From Candidatus Hermodarchaeota archaeon (GTDB taxonomy: Archaea; Asgardarchaeota; Lokiarchaeia; Sigyniarchaeales; SOKP01): DNA of 64,000 nucleotides. The position numbers were made by a program, and so were the translations under genes. The DNA is taken from NCBI GenBank assembly GCA_048885925.1, contig JBHLLG010000003.1:23727-87726 (forward strand), read 5' to 3'. The stretch's first letter is position 1. Every line of letters begins with the position of its first letter. This document shows, piece after piece, positions 62,812 through 64,000 of this stretch. The notes beneath the pieces were generated by a model that saw only the letters and a program-made list of their open reading frames with translations, was not told the DNA's origin and searched no databases.

Positions 62812-63696
62812 TCACTTAATTTGTGAGAGTTTTTCCCAATATTCCTTTATATTCCATTCTTTTTTCGTTTTAATTTTAAAAGCGATTTTTGTAAGAATAT
62901 CTCTAATTCTTTTAGAATTTAGATAATGGAAATTTGGTGTTATTGCACATAACATAAAAGTTCCTCTTCCACTTTGAGCTACTACTTCTGTATTGTCATC
63001 TATTTTATCTATTAAAGCATAAGCATCTATTAAATCTTTTACAACTCTCATAGTAAATTGATTCTTATTAAAAATTTTTTCAAATTCATAAACCTTTATG
63101 AGAATGGAATATAATTGAGTTGTAAGTTCTTTAAGATTAAGTGAAGGAATTAAATTTTTAGGGAAATAATTCGATATTACAGGTCCAGAAGTTTCATTCC
63201 AAATCATATAAAAGATGTAGTTGAAATCAACTTTACTAAGCTTTTTAAGAGAGGGTTCTTCAAACTTTAAGATATCCTTAAGTTTTTCTTCAAAAATTTG
63301 TGCTTTTTCTCTAATTTCTCTACTTTCGTTAATTTTTTCTTCAATTTTTTCTAATAGTTCTTTTGGACTAAAAGGTTTTGTAATGTAATCATCAACACCA
63401 AGCATTTTACCAAATCTTACATCATCAGGTTCTGTTTTTCCCGATAAAAAAAAGAATGGAATTCTTGACCACTCTGAATTTTCCGAAACCTTCATATAAA
63501 AATCATACCCATCCATTTCTGGCATTAAAATATCACTGATTATAATATCGGGGGGATATTGGAGATTTGAGAGAACATCTAGAGCTTCTTTTCCATTTAA
63601 AGCGGATATTAAATTATGGTTATTCATTTCTAAGAATACTTTGAAATTTTCAACTAAAACTACATCATCTTCAACCAAAAAAACATGAAGTTTCAT
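62812..63696 (-). CDS. response regulator: REC domain plus an uncharacterised ~150-aa C-terminal domain
   Basis: REC hallmarks 'VFLVEDD', phospho-acceptor context 'IIISDILMPEMDG', 'FFFLSG' and 'DDYITKPF'. The C-terminal half has no DNA-binding motif. Its pattern is longin/roadblock-like (see findings). Confidence 0.75.
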   Translation of the reverse strand: MKLHVFLVEDDVVLVENFKVFLEMNNHNLISALNGKEALDVLSNLQYPPDIIISDILMPEMDGYDFYMKVSENSEWSRIPFFFLSGKTEPDDVRFGKMLGVDDYITKPFSPKELLEKIEEKINESREIREKAQIFEEKLKDILKFEEPSLKKLSKVDFNYIFYMIWNETSGPVISNYFPKNLIPSLNLKELTTQLYSILIKVYEFEKIFNKNQFTMRVVKDLIDAYALIDKIDDNTEVVAQSGRGTFMLCAITPNFHYLNSKRIRDILTKIAFKIKTKKEWNIKEYWEKLSQIK

Positions 63697-63864
63697 GATT
63701 AATATTTAAAATGCTTGGGAAAGTTATATTAATTCTCACTTATAATAAAAAAAGAAATATTTAACGTTTATGAAAACGAAATAATGGTTAATTTCATTTA
63801 AAAAATCTTATGATAAAAAATATGTAATTTAAATTCAGTAATTTATAAAATAAATTTTAATCAT

Positions 63865-64000
63865 TTAACCATCAAAGCACAATACACCTGGATTTAAAAT
63901 ATTATTTGGATCAAAAATTCTTTTCACTTTTTTTAAAGCTAGTTGGGTTGAATCTGCGTGTCTTTTATATACTTCTTTAGCCCAAAGCCCATAAGGTCGA
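63865..64000 (-). CDS. FAD-linked oxidase, C-terminal fragment (gene runs off the window end)
   Basis: Hand translation of the reverse strand: ...RPYGLWAKEVYKRHADSTQLALKKVKRIFDPNNILNPGVLCFDG*. The 'K.IFDP..ILNPG' tail is the characteristic C-terminus of GlcD/D-lactate-dehydrogenase-type flavoproteins. Confidence 0.6.
   Translation of the reverse strand, partial: RPYGLWAKEVYKRHADSTQLALKKVKRIFDPNNILNPGVLCFDG

Noticed and set aside
1-64000. Scan for tRNA, rRNA, CRISPR, integrase or transposase genes and GC-rich structured-RNA islands in intergenic regions
   Set aside because: No intergenic segment shows the GC-rich stem pattern expected of tRNA or ncRNA in an AT-rich genome. No repeat-spacer arrays or recombinase motifs were seen. 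This was by eye only and should be confirmed with tRNAscan-SE and Infernal.

Overview
This is an AT-rich archaeal chromosomal segment. Hand counts of single 60-nt lines range from 20% to 43% GC. It holds about 50 protein genes. By eye I found no rRNA, tRNA, CRISPR array, transposase or integrase.

The information-processing genes are archaeal or eukaryote-like: a family-B DNA polymerase, a three-gene RFC clamp-loader cluster, proteasome alpha and a RadA/RecA paralog. A Rab/Ras-like small GTPase and two putative longin/roadblock-like domains sit alongside them. Together with the low GC this suggests an Asgard (Loki-/Promethearchaeia-like) genome. That assignment is inference and untested.

The metabolic genes are:
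- a LivKHMGF-type ABC importer followed by a HEAT-repeat protein and an AMP-forming CoA ligase
- a second CoA ligase, two crotonase-family proteins, a sirtuin and a dCMP deaminase
- a DapL-like aminotransferase, GH4 and GH20-like hydrolases and a TrmB-like regulator
- PepT, two MFS transporters and a GNAT acetyltransferase

The loci most worth a second look are:
1. A 9-kb gene (5535-14522) for a 2,995-aa, almost purely hydrophobic protein with internal 4-helix tandem repeats. No family is recognisable.
2. A 5.35-kb gene (41362-46713) for a 1,783-aa protein built from about 15 TPR/MIT-like helical modules joined by E/K-rich helices. It lies just downstream of the GTPase, proteasome alpha and a small winged-helix-like protein.
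3. A family-B polymerase with degenerate exonuclease and palm motifs, preceded at a 3-nt gap by a 93-aa ORF.
4. A GTPase whose P-loop lies upstream of any in-frame start codon. It is reachable from an ATG only by a -1 slip on an A4 run.
5. A second RFC small-subunit paralog with a lost Walker B motif.
6. A tight minus-strand cluster of Fe-S/CCG protein, FAD oxidase, SCP2 protein and tocopherol-cyclase-like protein.

All family calls rest on motif recognition by eye. No searches were run.
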